From Raillietiella orientalis (lineage: Eukaryota), in assembly GCA_036172245.1 (NCBI GenBank), contig JAYWIR010000025.1:2356001-2420000 (forward strand): a DNA stretch of 64,000 nt, given 5' to 3'. Numbering within the stretch: the first letter of the stretch is position 1; every line of letters starts with the position of its first letter. A program made the position numbers and the translations under genes. This document shows positions 26,443 to 39,100 of the stretch, one piece after another. The notes under the pieces are model-generated. The model worked only from the letters and a program-made list of their open reading frames with translations, ran no database searches and was not told the DNA's origin.

Positions 26443-28039
26443 ATGGAGCTAATGCAAAAACCTATATTTTCATCAACGATATCACTATTAAGGAGGAGTT
26501 CTGGGAAAACATTTTGTTTAATTAAAAGAAATGGAATTTCATCAACTCCTAGTTATTTGTCTGATGGTGAAAAGCGAACAAAAGTGGATGCAGATCAAGT
26601 AAACCAAGATTCACCAACATCAAAAAAGGTAATGGAATTATGATAATATAGCAATATCCTGAATAAATCTTAATAAAACTTGTCACCAGAAATAAGTAAG
26701 TTTTGATGTATGGGCAGAGTAATTTTCAGAAATATTGTTGTAGTTTTGGTATTCTTAGAAGTATTTATGTCGATGTTTTTATTTTTGATTGTGGCTGTAA
26801 TTACATTTGTATCATATTTTAATAGCTTATTAGTCAAGTGAAGTTATGTGATATTTGTGTACAAAGTATTTGATCTCTGATTTATTATTTAATTTGAAGC
26901 CAACGGATACATGTGAAAAGCCCTCATCTTCAGGAATAACTCTACCATCTTCAAAAATGAAAAATCAAAGAAAATTATTGAAAGATTCCACAAATTCATC
27001 AGATTCATCACAAGCAAATGGTGATTTGTTAGAGTTGTTTCAAGTTTGATTATTTTATTTATGTCATTTCACTAATTTCTAGTTTGTTCTCTCCTTTCCA
27101 TTTTTATTTTTTCTTAACTTTGGGCATTAATTTCACATATTATGCCAGATGTTGAAAAAGCTATTGAAAAAATTGTTACACACGTTGAAAATGAAAATGA
27201 TAAGAAAAAAATGAAAACAGAACTCCTTGATCAACTGGCACAGCACTCTAGCACCAAAGTTAATCTCAGGTAACCTAAAAATAAAAATGCAAAGGCCAGG
27301 TTGGTCATTTTGTTTAAGTGAATTGTTTTCTACAATGAAAATAGATGTATCCAAAGAGTCATCGAAAATTGAAGATCAGTTGCCATTTAGGCAACCCGTA
27401 AAGCTATTTTCTGAAGGCAGCAGTACGAGAGAAAATATTAGCAGTTTTCGGTAATTTGCAGATTTGTTATTGTGATGAATGCATAATATTACAGAGCACC
27501 TGCAATGCCTCAGAAAGCTGGCTTGTTTGCTGCCAAACCATTAGGTGTATTTTCTTTTGGTCCAGACATACAAAAAACTGAACATTCTAATTGTCCTTTG
27601 TGGGATGATATACATTTGAAAGAGCTGCAACTGATTGCAACTCATTCTCCCGCCAATGCATTTGAAGAGCAGATTTTATGGACAGAGCAGGGAAAACTTT
27701 GGAAGTTTCCTATTGACAATGAACAGGGTAGGGTTATGATTTAATATTTTTACCTAGTGTTTTGGTCTTTGATACTACATGTATCTGATCTGACTAATTT
27801 GTCTGTTGACAGATATAGGTGAAGAGAAGAATGTTAGTTTTCATGAACATATATTTTTGGAAAAACATCTAGAACCTTGGTGCCCTAAAGGACCTATCAG
27901 GCATTTTATGCACTTAGTGTGTGTAGGTCTATCAAAAAATCCATACATGAGTTTGAAAAAAAAAAAAGAACATATCTTTTGGTATAGAGATTATTTTAGC
28001 AAAAAGCAGGAGCTCCTGAAATCTTTAGATACTTCGTGA
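26443..28039 (+). CDS. MRPS31: Mitochondrial 28S ribosomal protein S31; exons approx. 26443-26628, 26900-27020, 27149-27269, 27319-27450, 27495-27727, 27813-28039
   Basis: Conserved C-terminus [24 protein letters not shown] / [36 protein letters not shown]. Basic, Ser-rich N-terminus fits a mitochondrial presequence. GT-AG introns with compatible phases. The 5' exons are less certain. Confidence 0.9.
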
Positions 28040-29996
28040 ACAAATAAAGAGGATTCTTATGTAATAATGCATAGTAATATTATTGTTTTGTATGAGGGGC
28101 AAGTCAAGATTTCAGTTTAATTTGCATCACCTGGATGCATCTCCATAAGATAAAGCAAATGTTGAAAAGTCTACTCTATTTTCAATCATTTGGTATGCAA
28201 ACAGTACAGCTTTTGGGGGATTGGGGGGGGGGTGCATGTTACTGTTTCTGCTTATGAATTTAATAAGTATTTGTAAAGAGGGTCTCATTTATACAAAATT
28301 TAAAAGTTCATTACTAAATGTTCAGTCTCTATGACCAAATGATTTGGAAGCTTTCTTGCAGCAGTTGGGTGTTAAATGTTTATTAGCACAGTGAATTACA
28401 AAGTAAATTTTGCCATTGATTTCAGAAGGAAATGTAGGATGATCAAGAGTGAAGTTCCTATTGATGAATATTGAAAATCTCTTAACTGCACTTAGAAAGA
28501 AACTGAAAGGTAAAAACAAAACCAACTGTTTGGATGTATGCTACATGTTCCATTGTTAACCAGAAAGATTTGAAATATTTAATTGTCAAATGAGTAGGAA
28601 CTAATCATTCCTCTTGTGGATGTTACCTTGATTTTTGTTTTCTTTGAAAATGAGTTTGGTCTTTGAAAATGATGTTTTTACTAAGCTTAGATTAAGCTTA
28701 GCTAAGATTCTAGCTTATGAGGTAATTTGAAATTAAGGCAGTGGGCTTCTAGTCCCTTGCCTATGTAAACATTAAACTATTTTGCACCTTATGAAAATAG
28801 ATGAAGGGGTTATTTATGTTTTAGGGATTGTTTACTTTACTTTCTTGATTGTTTGCTAATTCAAATTCAAAAATTTGAATTTGAATAAGTAACAATTGCA
28901 GATCTAATTTGTGTTTTGCCTTTGGCACAGTACAGATTACATCTATCCTCTTTTTTTTTTTTTTCGTTTTAAACAGATCATTTCTTCAATCGGTCCATGG
29001 TACTTCCAGGGTGAGTTGTAATTTTTGCAAGAGGAGAGTTTTGTAGTAATCTTTCACAAATAAAAGTACCCACTCATTGTATTAGACAGCTTAGATGTTG
29101 CTTTTCAGAATAAAAAAAAATGCAGTATTTTATGTATTAAATACTTTTGCTATAGATATTAGTTTTCTTTTATGTATATAGTTTTATTTTTGATCAATCA
29201 AGTAGTTCTTGTTTTCCAGAGTGAAAGCAATAAAAGCACATGTTCTTTTAAATTGGATAATAAAAAAGGAAGCTTTAAGCATATTATTAGGATATTTCGC
29301 AAAAATATGCCAAATAATTTTGCATGTGTGTGACATAAAGGAAACCATCAAAAAATGTGCATGCAACCAAGTAATTAATACTGTCTGATGTCTGGCATTC
29401 TGAAGAACATATGTGCTCTCCATGAGATTTAATTTCTAGTTCTTATATATATGAGAAAACATTGACAAAAATAATCAGATTACACTTTGATACATTTGCA
29501 AGAAAGAGTATAATATTTAAGAAATATACCTTTCATTATGATTATACAGTTTTGAAGAAAAAAAATACTGACTCACAAACAGAAAAATCTACAATTTTTG
29601 GCATACAATGGAAAACTTGAACATTTAATTAGTTTGACCGAAGAAATGATATTCTGAAAACTAAGCTAATTATTCAGGTTGAACATAACATTTTTTATCC
29701 ATGTATGTAAAAAAGTAAACTGACATAAAATAATTTGACCACATGAAATTTTGAATCGTAATCAATGACTTCAGTTTTAGACTGCTTACATTAATGTAAT
29801 TTCATTAAATGCGAAAGCACTAAAAAAGGAAAAAAATAAGGGAAGGGTTACTTCACCTTTCCAGTGCAATTATTTTGTACAAAAAAATAACTTGCTTGCA
29901 AAATGCCTGACATATCAAAATGTACAACACAAACAAACTCCTGGAAATGAGCAAATAGGTCCGTCTAAATATGCTTTCTATCTTTCGAATTATACT

Positions 29997-30025
29997 GCAC
30001 GACACTTGTATGACAAGTGTCGTGC
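29997..30025 (+). promoter_or_regulatory. Putative degenerate rolling-circle origin stem-loop of the endogenous CRESS virus
   Basis: GCACGACACTT-gtatgac-AAGTGTCGTGC is a perfect 11-bp stem. TTGTATGAC matches the TAGTATTAC nonanucleotide at 7/9 positions and ends exactly at the 3' stem arm. Confidence 0.55.
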
Positions 30026-30059
30026 TTCCAGTAATTGCTTCCAGTTTTTTAGTTTATTA

Positions 30060-30800
30060 ATTCTTTTCTTTCCTTGTTTGACGTCCATGTCCTTTGACAT
30101 CTACAATCTTGGCCACCTCTAAAGTCATCCGTTCTCTGTCCTACCGGCCTCACGAAAAACCGTAGACTCTTTACTCCGAAACATCTTCTCCAGCTTCCAC
30201 GATTTTCGTCATAAAACTCCAACGCTTCCGTTATATTTTCATAAGTCTTTCCCTAATAAAAAGAGTACAACAATTCCGTCACCCAAGGGGCATCGGATGC
30301 AATCAAATTCCTAAATGATACCTTGAAACCTATGGTTGCGGTCCTGCCCCAACGACACCACTCCAGACCAACCCAGCCTCAGAGGTTCTATCTTGGATCT
30401 TACTCCCACGAGCTTCGCCTCATAAAAAAAAAACTTGCTCATCTCTTCCAGATTGCAATTCAAAACTGACGTCTTCAGCGGGTCTATAAAACTCTGTTCT
30501 ATGTGCATCCAACTGCACTGGTACGCTCCCCTTGTGGCAAAAACGTACACTGGCATACCTATACGCCTTTACTATCTGATCCCTTTCCACAGTCCTTACT
30601 AAACCGTATTTCCAATTAAACTTATTCCTAAAAACGCGATGACCGCTCCTTCGTCTTCTATCTACATACTTCCGGTACGACCTCACGCTGATCGTCTTTC
30701 GACGTTTTCCACCTCCGCCTGTCACCCTTTTCCGGGAGCGAACCGCCGTAGCCTCCTGCCCTCGGTAGACTTGACTACTACCTGCTGGCTACAGTCGATC
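30060..30800 (-). pseudogene. cap: Putative CRESS-DNA virus capsid protein gene (frameshifted)
   Basis: Arg/Lys-rich N-terminal arm (RSRKRVTGGGGKRRKTISVRSYRKYVDRRRRSGHRVFRNKF), as is typical of ssDNA virus capsids. Oriented divergently from rep, with minus-strand AATAAA at ~30053-30058. Confidence 0.65.
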
Positions 30801-31111
30801 CATTACCATTATCTTAAACCATTCTCGATCCCTCCCCCTCCCTCCCGTTTATCCTTTCACGTTCCACAGATTATCATTACAGTCCTTCACATCTGCTTCT
30901 GCGCAGTCTACACATTCTTTCACACTTTCTGCCCAGCAAAGCACTTATACGGTACGGACATCCGCTCCTTATCACTGCTGCTGATCACGCAGACTGTTTC
31001 ACCAAACAGAATTCCCTGGAAAGAAACGCGCGTGGCTCTGCCAGATGGGTAACACTCCCTATAGATACTCTTTCACTCACCGCGTTTTCCAGACCACTAC
31101 TTGCAATTATC

Positions 31112-32053
31112 ATGCCTTACGCTGCTTACACAAATTGGTGCTTTACTGTGAATACTCGGATTCTGAAACCATCAAAACCTGGGCTAGAGGACGTCCGTCC
31201 TTCATCATCGCCGCAAAAGAGGAAACAGAAGCTACCGGCACGCCTCACCTCCAAGGCTATATGCAATTGCATGAACCTTTCCCGTTGCTGCTACTGCAAA
31301 GACCGCCTTTTGCAAGAGCTCACCTCGGGCACGCTAAAGGCTCCGCAGAATCTAACTTGGCATCTTGCAGGAAGCAAGATCCACATCCCTGGACATTCGG
31401 ATCACTCGACACAAACCCTACAGAAGATAATCACGAGAAACACGTAAGCTCTCTTTTCACATTTCCTTTATTTTCCTTCAGATACTTCAACTCATACAAT
31501 CCGGAAAGTCGGGGCAGTTTGTATTTGAAAACCATACGCGCTTTTATGCGCGTAACGTACACTTTATCAAGGAGTCTTTTGGCCTCTACAGAGCTAAGCA
31601 CCCCTAACCCAATGCAAAACCTCCGTCTTCGAGAATAGCAGCTTGAGATTCTCGATCGTAGAGCAGCCAAACCTCCACATCCCAGAGAAATTTACTGGGT
31701 CAAAGAAGAACGGGGGAACGGGGGCAAAACCTTTGCCAAATAGCTTTTCATCAAAAGGAATGCCATCTACCTACAAAGCTGTAAAAAGGACGATGATGCA
31801 CATCCGTACAACGGGGAACGCATCATCATCGTTGACTTCACCAGAGATGCCGGGGAGATAGTTCAGTACGGTTTCATCGAGTCTCAAAAATGGTATCGTT
31901 TTTGACCCAAAGTACCAAGTCAGCATAAAATACTTCCACATTCCTCACGTCGTAGTAATGGCCAATTGGAAACCATCAGAAATTGTTTTAAAATGCTACT
32001 ATTTACTATTTCACCATGATAGAACTTGGGATATCCGCTTTCTTGGAAAATAA
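31112..32053 (+). pseudogene. rep: Endogenous CRESS-DNA virus Rep (copy B), full length, with intron 31444-31481 and several frameshifts and stops
   Basis: MPYAAYTNWCFTVN (motif I), TGTPHLQGYMQL (II), motif III with the Tyr lost (ASCRK), REIYWVKEERGNGGKT (Walker A), IIIVDFTR (Walker B), KNGIVFDPKY, PHVVVMAN (motif C), DRTW. Stop at 32051-32053 followed by AATAAA. The helicase half resembles nanovirus/alphasatellite-type Reps. Confidence 0.9.
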
Positions 32054-32151
32054 GAATAAAATTCGTCAAAGTTATTCAACTTGAAAGTATATCTACATAC
32101 TATTCAATTAAATACAAAATATCAAAGCAGTCTTGTGAACCAAATAAGCTT

Positions 32152-33119
32152 TTATTGTTCCAAATCTTGTTGAAATACACAAACAGATGGGCGTAGTTTA
32201 CATTCATCTAATTCAAGATCGTCTAAACTTTGAAACAGTGACTCATCTACTTCAATTTCACCACCCTCTAAAATGTCAATAAGATGCATATTCAAGGGTT
32301 TGGTTGCAATTACGAAAGCCAAATTAGACATACCAAAATCCTCCAAAAACTTAAGATCTGAATTATCTAACTGATGGTTTTGAAGAAAGAGTTGTTTTCC
32401 AGTCATTTTTTTAGCAGAGTTGCTATCTTTATGTGTTTTATTTTCTGCTAATCTTTCTAGATCAAACTGTAGTTTCCATTTATTGAAAGACTCAATAGTA
32501 ACTCTTGTGCCTTCAAAATGCTTCTACAAAATTACTAATGCAACCAACATTTATGTACAGGGAACCTTTTCTGCCTCATCCAATTCCTCACGGCGTTTAA
32601 CTTCCAGTAATTCAAGATCCAAGATCTTTTTTTCATACAAGTCATTTAAAAATTCTTGGGCAGCTGCTACCAAAGTATAGATCATGACTGTCCCTACATT
32701 ATCATGAGCCTAAGTATTAAAGCAAGCCAGCTTAATTAATGTTCTTAAATTAACAAACATTAATGGAAAAAAGATTTCAAACCTGGTTATGAAGGCAGCT
32801 CAAAATATGCTCGGCATCTTCATCATTAATGTTTTCCGATTTGAAAATTTCAATTCTGGGTGGCTTATCAGGGTATTCTTCATTGAATTCAAATGATAGC
32901 ACCAAAGAAAGCCTCTCTATTTGTGTGTTCTGGTTAAATTCTGAGCTAAACAGGGTTATTTTAAATTGATGCCAAGGATTTACATTACTAACTAAAATTT
33001 GAAATGGCTCTGTAGCAAAAGTATGACTGATATTCAAAAATATTACTTTCTAATTCTTGTGAATATATTGCTTGCAAAGCTTCAATTTCATTCAATTGTT
33101 CTTCTTTGTAATTAACCAT
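32152..33119 (-). CDS. RWDD1: RWD domain-containing protein 1; exons 33047-33119, 32783-32991, 32566-32709, 32334-32523, 32152-32267
   Basis: MVNYKEEQLNEIEALQAIY, EEYPDKPP, GTVMIYTLVAAAQEFL, FEGTRVTIESFNKWKLQFD, MTGKQLF, EVDESLFQSLDDLELDE. GT-AG introns. The extreme C-terminus and the exon-2 acceptor are uncertain. Confidence 0.92.
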
Positions 33120-36100
33120 GATGCATTAACTACCAAACCCAAGTCATCCTTCTATGTAGTTCAATATCTTATAAAAAGTCTTTGATTCTCTCTGACCAAA
33201 GAACCACTAAACTTTAACACATGCCAAATAAACATGATCACAGCATAAAGATGAACCAAATGGTTCTGTTATTCTCTAGTTTACTGAATCTATATGTAAA
33301 ATCTTTGATACATTCACAGTTAAAGCTGGGAAAACACTTTCAGTACTATAAATTTCAATACCTATTATTTTATTTCAAAATGCAGATGTTGTCATACATT
33401 AAGTACCTCCATACAGTTTTTCCAAACTACTTTTAGTATTCCTGCAAAGAAAATCCACAAAAATACCAAATAAATACATATCTACGTTGTGCAGGATTTA
33501 ATCTGTTTTAGCTCTCAACATGGTTCACACAAATTATTTAACACATTCAACAATCAGTACAGATTTATGAGACCAAACATGATAATCATATGAATTCTAA
33601 TACAGTTTTCCGAACTGTAGTAGTATGCTAACTGCAAACGAATTTTATTTTATTTTTCTGAGCAATTGAAGTTCACATTTTTTCCAGGGTGCTTTTAGTG
33701 TCTAGTATTGAATCTGGAAAAATTGATCTTATAGGCAGGATAAGTTCATCATCATCATCTTTAACATATACAATCTTTAACATAACAAATTTCAATTATA
33801 AGATTAAAGTGAATGAGTTATCTAGGAGAAAAAAACCATGCTCTAGAGTAGTATTTTCATTACCTCATGGAAATTCAAGACCAGAAGTGTTCACAAAATT
33901 GTTACATGGAACTACAATAGAAACAAAATATTAAACTCTTTCAGTCTCAGAAAGATGACCAGAATTCCCCTTTTAGGTATTTTTTTTGTAGATCAATGTT
34001 TCTATTATTTCTTATAAATTTTGTTCTTTTTTTTTGAAAACAGAAACCATTTAGAATGTGCAAACCCAGCAATAATGATCAAGAAAAGCATCACTTCTAC
34101 AGGTAAGGACTAATGATTACTTCAGTGCTTCTGGAACTGTAAAGTGAAAAATCAAAAAAGAATTGCAAAAGGTCTGGATACTATGTGCTGAAACTGAACA
34201 TGAATTTTGAATCAAATCAAGAAAACAAGAAATAACAGTGAAGTCTACTCATCATTTATTCAAGAGGAAAAATGAGAGGGAAATATTTTAATAGCTCAAG
34301 AAGCAGTTATCCCTTACTACTGATGTTTCACATGAAATATGTTTGTTCTATCTGGTTTCATATTCTTGATGATGTCTCTTATATAGTGAAATATGATACT
34401 GTTCAACAACAAATTATTTTGAGTGCTGCATCCTCCGTGATCCTTCAAATCATGCAGCAGCTTACTATAAAGTGCTTCATTTGGAGAAAACAAGAGATAA
34501 TTGACAGTGGTAGGACTAATCTGCAGCACCATGTTATACCATTTACAGCCTAAGTGGGGATTGTAGATTTAAATTGAACTACCAGATGTCTGAGAAACTT
34601 ATGGTTTGCAAAAACACAATGCAAGAAAACTGATGAACACGTTTTTTGGGAAATATTTTAAACCTTCTTAAAATGATAAAGAAAGGCATGTTTCTAATGG
34701 TTGTCAAAAAATCAACACTTCAAAGGGCCCAATTTAGCATTTAGTTGCATGCAATGGATTTAACTATGTGGATATGCAATTCTATCCAATTTGGCACATA
34801 TCAACAAGGAATCAAAATGAAGTCTTACATTTGCAGATCAAATATATGAGCACCAACTACAGATTACAACTGAATTGGCAAAATAATTACAATTTCATGA
34901 TGTGGTAATGTAATGCATAGAAGCTCAAGCAATGATCACTGAAAATTAACAACTACTTGCAAAGGAAATCCTATAGAAACAGGTGGCTGTGCTCACATTT
35001 TTCAAACACTGACTACACTGCTTGAGCATATGACATCCATATGACATCGAAACTGTTTTGATCAGGGTACAAACCAAAGATCAGTCCTGATGATGGAGTA
35101 ATGATTAAATTTAAAAGCTCAGATCATAGTATGGCAAGATTGTGAGGTCAGAAAACCGACAACCGAACTAGTTACAGACTTACTCCGACTAGCAACACTT
35201 AGTTTTCTAAACATGAGAAAGTTTTCGAACGCTGGAAGCACTACAAACCTGCTGAAATGCACGCGCAGGACTAATTATTCAACACGGCTGTTTGATAAGT
35301 GATAAAATATAATCGCATTTAAATGTCGAACACAAATTCCCCAGATAAATTAAGGCCCGGATAAAATATACAGTTTATTTCTTTCCTTGAATGAATTCAA
35401 CTGGGAACACAGTGACAGCAGGCTGCGAAAACAATCTGAACATTTACAAAACTGAACCACGCATCTACATGAATGAGACATTATTTGAAAAAAGTACAAG
35501 TATTCCAATGGTATGCATGGAATAAATAAATAGGAAAGGAAGCAAGTATGAGTAAAGCACGAGAAATAAATGCAACCTAAATATTGATTTGGAAGGCAAA
35601 ATCACTCACTGCTCAAAGGAAGTCTTGCAAAAGATAGAGGGATGGAAAAAAGATAGATGCGTGTTTGCAACCTTGGAAAATGATTTTCTTTTCTTTTTTT
35701 AATCTACAAAGAGCAAGTTGAAGACACAAAGAATTTGAAAAACTGGTCGACGGATGAAGTTCTCAGAAAGGTCAGAGCACACATTACGGCTAGAACAAAA
35801 ACAACCGACTCGTGTTCGTGAATTGTAATAAGGATTCTAGGTAGCATACTAAATCGAGCAATAGTATTCTGAAGTATGAACAAAAAATAGGTAAACTATT
35901 CAAAGCACTGGGTAATAATGGGGAAATACACAAGATATTTCCGTATGAATCTCACTTTCTTAATACTTCATTAGACAATGATTGGATTGCTATTATAAGG
36001 AATGATTATGCTATGAAAAGAAAAATTTTGAGGAAAAGAATGTTTCATAAAAATTCAGTGGCATATGAAAAAAATTAAGGCAAAACTCTCAAGTTCAATA

Positions 36101-39100
36101 ATTACTGCGAATTAGTAAAATTCTGTTTCAGCCGGACACTGCCTTCAATTAGTTGCATGCAGTTCAGTACAATCACAAAGCTGCAGATCAAGAGAGAGTT
36201 TTCATATGTGATCTATTATTGGAGAAAGGTCTCAGCTACGAAAATGACAGAAAAATAGGAGCTCGAATAAGATATGAAATAATGAATCTTTATAAACAGT
36301 ACTTGAAACCATTACCGTTTAATTTTTTAAAATGCCGTCTATTCAAAAACAACATCGGCAGAATGACTGCTCTCCGTTTAATTAATACATGGAATGAGTA
36401 CTTCATATTAATCAAATTTGTTTTAAACGTGGAACTAAACTTTGAAATCGAACTATATCTTTTACATATGAACTATCACTAATGTGGTATCACTGCAGCA
36501 ATTTGTGATCGTTTCTGAATGTTATGCGAAATTTTGCTTAAATTTAATGAGCAAACAGGAGTCATTTTGTCATATAATATCTCGATTGGAACGAATTAGG
36601 GAAATCGATAGAAAACTGGACAAACTAGAATAAGCAAATCTTTGCAGCTGCTTTTAAAAACTGATTTGCAGAGCTCTAAGCCTTTTCCTATTCATGAACC
36701 TCAATAATCTAAGAGTAATCTGAGAATATAAAAAGCATCTTCGCACACAGATAAGAAATGCATATTTATATCTGCCTACTACAGAAAACAATATAAATAA
36801 ACTGTGATATTCATAACTATGCTGTATGTGATAATTTCCGTGGTACAGAAAGTTCAATTGTAATGTAGTTATTTTGCATTTCTTTATATAACTCTTACAA
36901 AATCATGGCATCTGCATTCTCGTTACTTCGTTGGTATAATTACTGATGAATAGATTGCTTATTTATGTATAAAACACAACTTATTCTCTTTCGCGAGCAA
37001 CATAAACCATCAGAGAGATCGAGATTTCGAGCTTTTTATCCATTGTAGGGGGAAAGAAGAGGTTGAGTAATACAGAAAAAGTCTTTGCCACATAAATGGC
37101 TCACATTGTGTGAAGTCCCCATCGAAAAGCATGCCTTCTGTTCTTCAGATTCTTAAAAAGTCATGGCAATCTACATCTTCCTGGTGCTACGATTTTTGCA
37201 AGCATCCAGCCATGTAAAATGTAAAATGAAAAGAGAGTTTTCCGATTTATCTGCTTCCAAATTTAGACCAAGGCATCAGCTGAATTTCATCGGATATTGA
37301 AAAAGAAGACTTTCGGGTCGGATGAGAGAATCAGCAGTAAGATGGAGTTCAATCATGCGTTGTCCTTCCTGGAACACGGAAGTTCTGTACATCGAAACGT
37401 AATGGACTGAGTTGACCTTGGCGGATATTCCCATCCGTGACACTGGTCATGTGTTGGGATGACGTCACATATAGACAGGGATTCAGCGTTTCCTGAAAGA
37501 TTGATGCTTCACGTTAATTCTGATCTGCTGACATGTAACCACGGATTGTATTCCTCCATCATGTTCGGAATGTAAAGATCTCCTCAAGACTGTGTTCAAT
37601 TTTTCGTGATCAGAATATCTACATAAGAAGGTTTTTCTTGTTTACCCTTCGAAAGGGAAGTATTCTTGAAGATGATGATGATGAATCTCTGTATGATGCG
37701 ATTTGACTTTTATCATTAGAGTTGAGGTGCCTTTCTAGCTACATTGCCTTCATCGCAAAGCAGTTGGTGTGAAAGATTGGAAGCTCAGCGTTTTTGCATG
37801 TTCTTGATTCTCTCCATCTTCAAAACTAACATGTAATGTTTCCATTCCTATTTCGAAAATCCTTTAAAACTGGCTGAGTTTTCTTACTGATTTCGTTAAG
37901 GCCAGGTAGATACAGTTCTGTGGCCTTAGGTGAGAGTTTGCTCAATGTTGCCATGCAATGTTGTTTGCCTGGAAAGTCTGCCATCAAATCTTTTCAGTGT
38001 AAAATCAATCAGAAGGTAGAACAAGAAGTAATAAGATAAGACACATTGGAGGCAGTTATTAATTTCGATGACTGTTCCTCTCACTTCCGCATTTAAATGA
38101 TTTTATTGAACTGATGCACTTTGAATTTCATTTCTTTCTAGAGTTCTTTGATATGCTGGAACCCAAGTGTACAGAATTTTTGAATAATTCCAGCGTCATA
38201 TTACTCAAGCTTGATTGTATAGTTCCTTTCGTTAATTTGGAAAAGTCGGACAAGTTACTTGTTAGCTATGGAAGGAAGGAAATGCAATTCACAGACATTT
38301 CCAGTAAGTAGGAAAAACAATTATTTATGAGAATTCGTAACGGATAGAGGATCCTGAATATTTTTCTAGTATCCTTATTCACGATTCATATTTTTCAATT
38401 TGAGATATCTAGCAAGCATCCACGATTATGACTGCAGATCTTCCGCGGATTTTGAGGTGGAATGGAAATATGAAAATATTTACGAACTAATCTACGAGCG
38501 CGTGTCTGTGTACCACACAGCAATGTGTGAACAAAGCCTTCAGCTCTCGAGTTGTGTCTCTTGGAACATTCTGGAATTTTTCAATATATCTTTCATTGTA
38601 AGATTATCGCTGGGCGTTCAGTTGCATACTCATAGCAGCATCGGGTGAGTTGCCAGCGAAATATGCACTCTCTGTGAAATTCATGGATCCCTTCATCCAC
38701 TAACCAAGTTTGCATAGTGGCTTTTTCGCTTCCAACAGTTTGCTGCTGTGAGGTTGGGTTGTACGCAACAAATATGCCACGTTTCTGCAGTAGACTTTTA
38801 TCATACATTAATAATAACTTATCATCTCTTTTCAACTTTTCGCGTTGAAGTTTCAACCGTGAGCTTCCACATGCCTAGGTGTCAAACGAATTTAGCCTAC
38901 TAGCCCACAGCGTCCCTTCATGAAGATCAAGTCGATGACGCTCGGCTGGAAGCTGGTGAAGCATGTGAGGTCGTTGGAAAGGTTGTAACCTAGATGACCA
39001 ACCTGACTCTCGACAATGTGCAACCTGCTGATGAAATCATGTGGACAGCTCGAACTGTCATTTGCAGACGAGGAAAGCATAATGCCACATGAGCTTCTCT

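Noticed and set aside
28859..28886. 13-bp AT-rich inverted repeat
   Set aside because: Low complexity and plausible by chance.
31045..31638. 197-aa ORF as an intact Rep
   Set aside because: It is a composite. It enters the Rep frame only after a frameshift in motif I, reads through the 38-nt intron into a non-homologous frame, and lacks the catalytic Tyr.
33690..34550. Exon-like minus-strand segments upstream of RWDD1
   Set aside because: They could not be spliced into an open recognisable protein. They may be UTR exons or chance.
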